Of a stretch of DNA of 64,000 bases, positions 63,122 through 64,000 are shown in pieces (position 1 is the stretch's first letter; every line of letters begins with the position of its first letter). The position numbers and the translations under genes are program-made. Location of the stretch: positions 2,002,099 to 2,066,098 of the forward strand of contig OZ253476.1 in NCBI GenBank assembly GCA_965261795.1, in the 5' to 3' direction. Source of the stretch: Dehalococcoidia bacterium (GTDB lineage Bacteria; Chloroflexota; Dehalococcoidia; Lucifugimonadales; UBA3495). Under the pieces are notes generated by a model. That model made no database searches, was not told the origin of the DNA, and saw only the letters and a program-made list of their open reading frames with translations.

Positions 63122-64000
63122 GGTGTATAAAATCGGGATAGACGTCGGAGGCACCTTTACCGACTTCGTGGTAGCCAGCGGGGAGCAGCCGCCCCGATTT
63201 TTCAAGACCCCGTCCACTCCCAACGACCCTTCCGCAGGAGTCATGGCAGGCCTTGAAGACGCGGCCGATGCCTTTGGTCAGTCTCTGGACGACTTCCTAG
63301 GCGACGCCGATTTGGTCATTCACGGCTCCACCGTGGCAACCAACACCTTGGTGGAGCGGAAGGGCGCCAAGGTAGGTCTTATAACCACCGATGGCTTCCG
63401 GGACCTGCTGGAGATGCGGGAGGGTCTGAAGGAAGACCGGTACAACCTCCGCATGACGCCCGTGGAGCCGTTGGTGCCCCGGTATTTGCGGGTGGAGGCC
63501 CGGGAGCGCGTCCGAGCCAACGGTCTTGTGGAACGAGACTTGGACGAAGATTCGCTGGACCAAACCCTGGACTACTTGGCACGAGAAGGGGCTGAGTCCC
63601 TGGCCGTTTGCTTCCTGTTTTCCTACCTCAATCCTTCCCATGAACAACTGGCTTGGGAAAAGATACGACAGCGTTTCCCGGACAAGTACACCTCTCTCTC
63701 ACACCAAGTCATTCCTCAAATCAAGGAGTTCGACCGTCTCAGCACCACGGTGATTAACTCCTACGTCGGCCCCGTATTCAGCGGCTACCTGGACAGGTTG
63801 AAGGAGCGGTTCGAGCCTTACCCGCAACTGAAGGATGTGCTGATAATGCAGTCCAACGGCGGCGTCGCACCTATAGACGACTCCAGCCGGATGGCGGTGC
63901 GGGCTATCCTGTCCGGCCCTGCCGGCGGCGTCAGCGCCGCGGCGTACATCGGGCAATTGCTGGAAGAGCCGAAGATAATCGCTTTCGATATGGGCGGCAC
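63122..64000 (+). CDS. hydantoinase/oxoprolinase family protein (HyuA-like), 3' end outside window
   Basis: Not in the ORF track because it is open at the window edge. GTG 63122 with GGAGG 6 nt upstream. YKIGIDVGGTFTDFVV...IHGSTVATNTLVERKGAKVGLITTDGFRDLLEMR...SGPAGGV...IAFDMGG. Confidence 0.85.

Noticed and set aside
1-64000. Search for integrase, transposase, phage structural genes, rRNA, tmRNA and RNase P
   Set aside because: None could be recognised in any frame. The repeat elements are therefore called non-autonomous, and no prophage or IS element is claimed.

Overview
GC-rich bacterial chromosomal window with about 70 protein genes and 3 tRNAs. I found no rRNA, CRISPR array, transposase or integrase. 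The backbone is the conserved tRNA-Thr/Tyr/Thr - tuf - rpmG - secE - nusG - rplKAJL cluster (31.8-36.7 kb, + strand). A long minus-strand housekeeping array runs PPIase - hom - thrC - folE - acyltransferase - MshA-like GT4 - DUF502 - PIG-L deacetylase, followed by rpsF-ssb-rpsR and glyA. Other core genes are etfBA, htpX, trxB and a Fur-family regulator. There are many oxidative and hydrolytic enzymes: two luciferase-like oxidoreductases, Rieske dioxygenase alpha/beta, a LigB-superfamily protein, a TPP enzyme, a cyclase, dienelactone hydrolase, CocE/NonD, S9 peptidase and hydantoinase. This enzyme mix and gene order would fit a Chloroflexota (SAR202-like) genome, but that is inference only. The findings worth a second look are: (1) a six-gene cluster of anchored surface proteins at 3.3-7.9 kb, built on three paralogues of an unrecognised two-Cys domain plus a cadherin-repeat protein; (2) a 1704-aa exonuclease-RecQ-UvrD triple fusion, bracketed by two near-identical hairpins; (3) a decaying nuclease-rich segment at 59.4-62.9 kb, which includes an HNH nuclease preceded by six tandem zinc-ribbon modules and broken by a perfect 17-bp tandem duplication; (4) a previously unrecognised ~131-bp MITE-like element family with 12-bp terminal inverted repeats, related solo hairpins and a tandem expansion; (5) several frame-disrupted genes (etfA, a PaREP1-like gene, a Uma2 copy); (6) perfect tandem repeats and palindromes in regulatory regions. 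All product calls come from reading motifs in the supplied translations, because no database search was possible. Start codons are often uncertain because TTG/GTG (and possibly CTG) starts with 4-nt overlaps appear common here.
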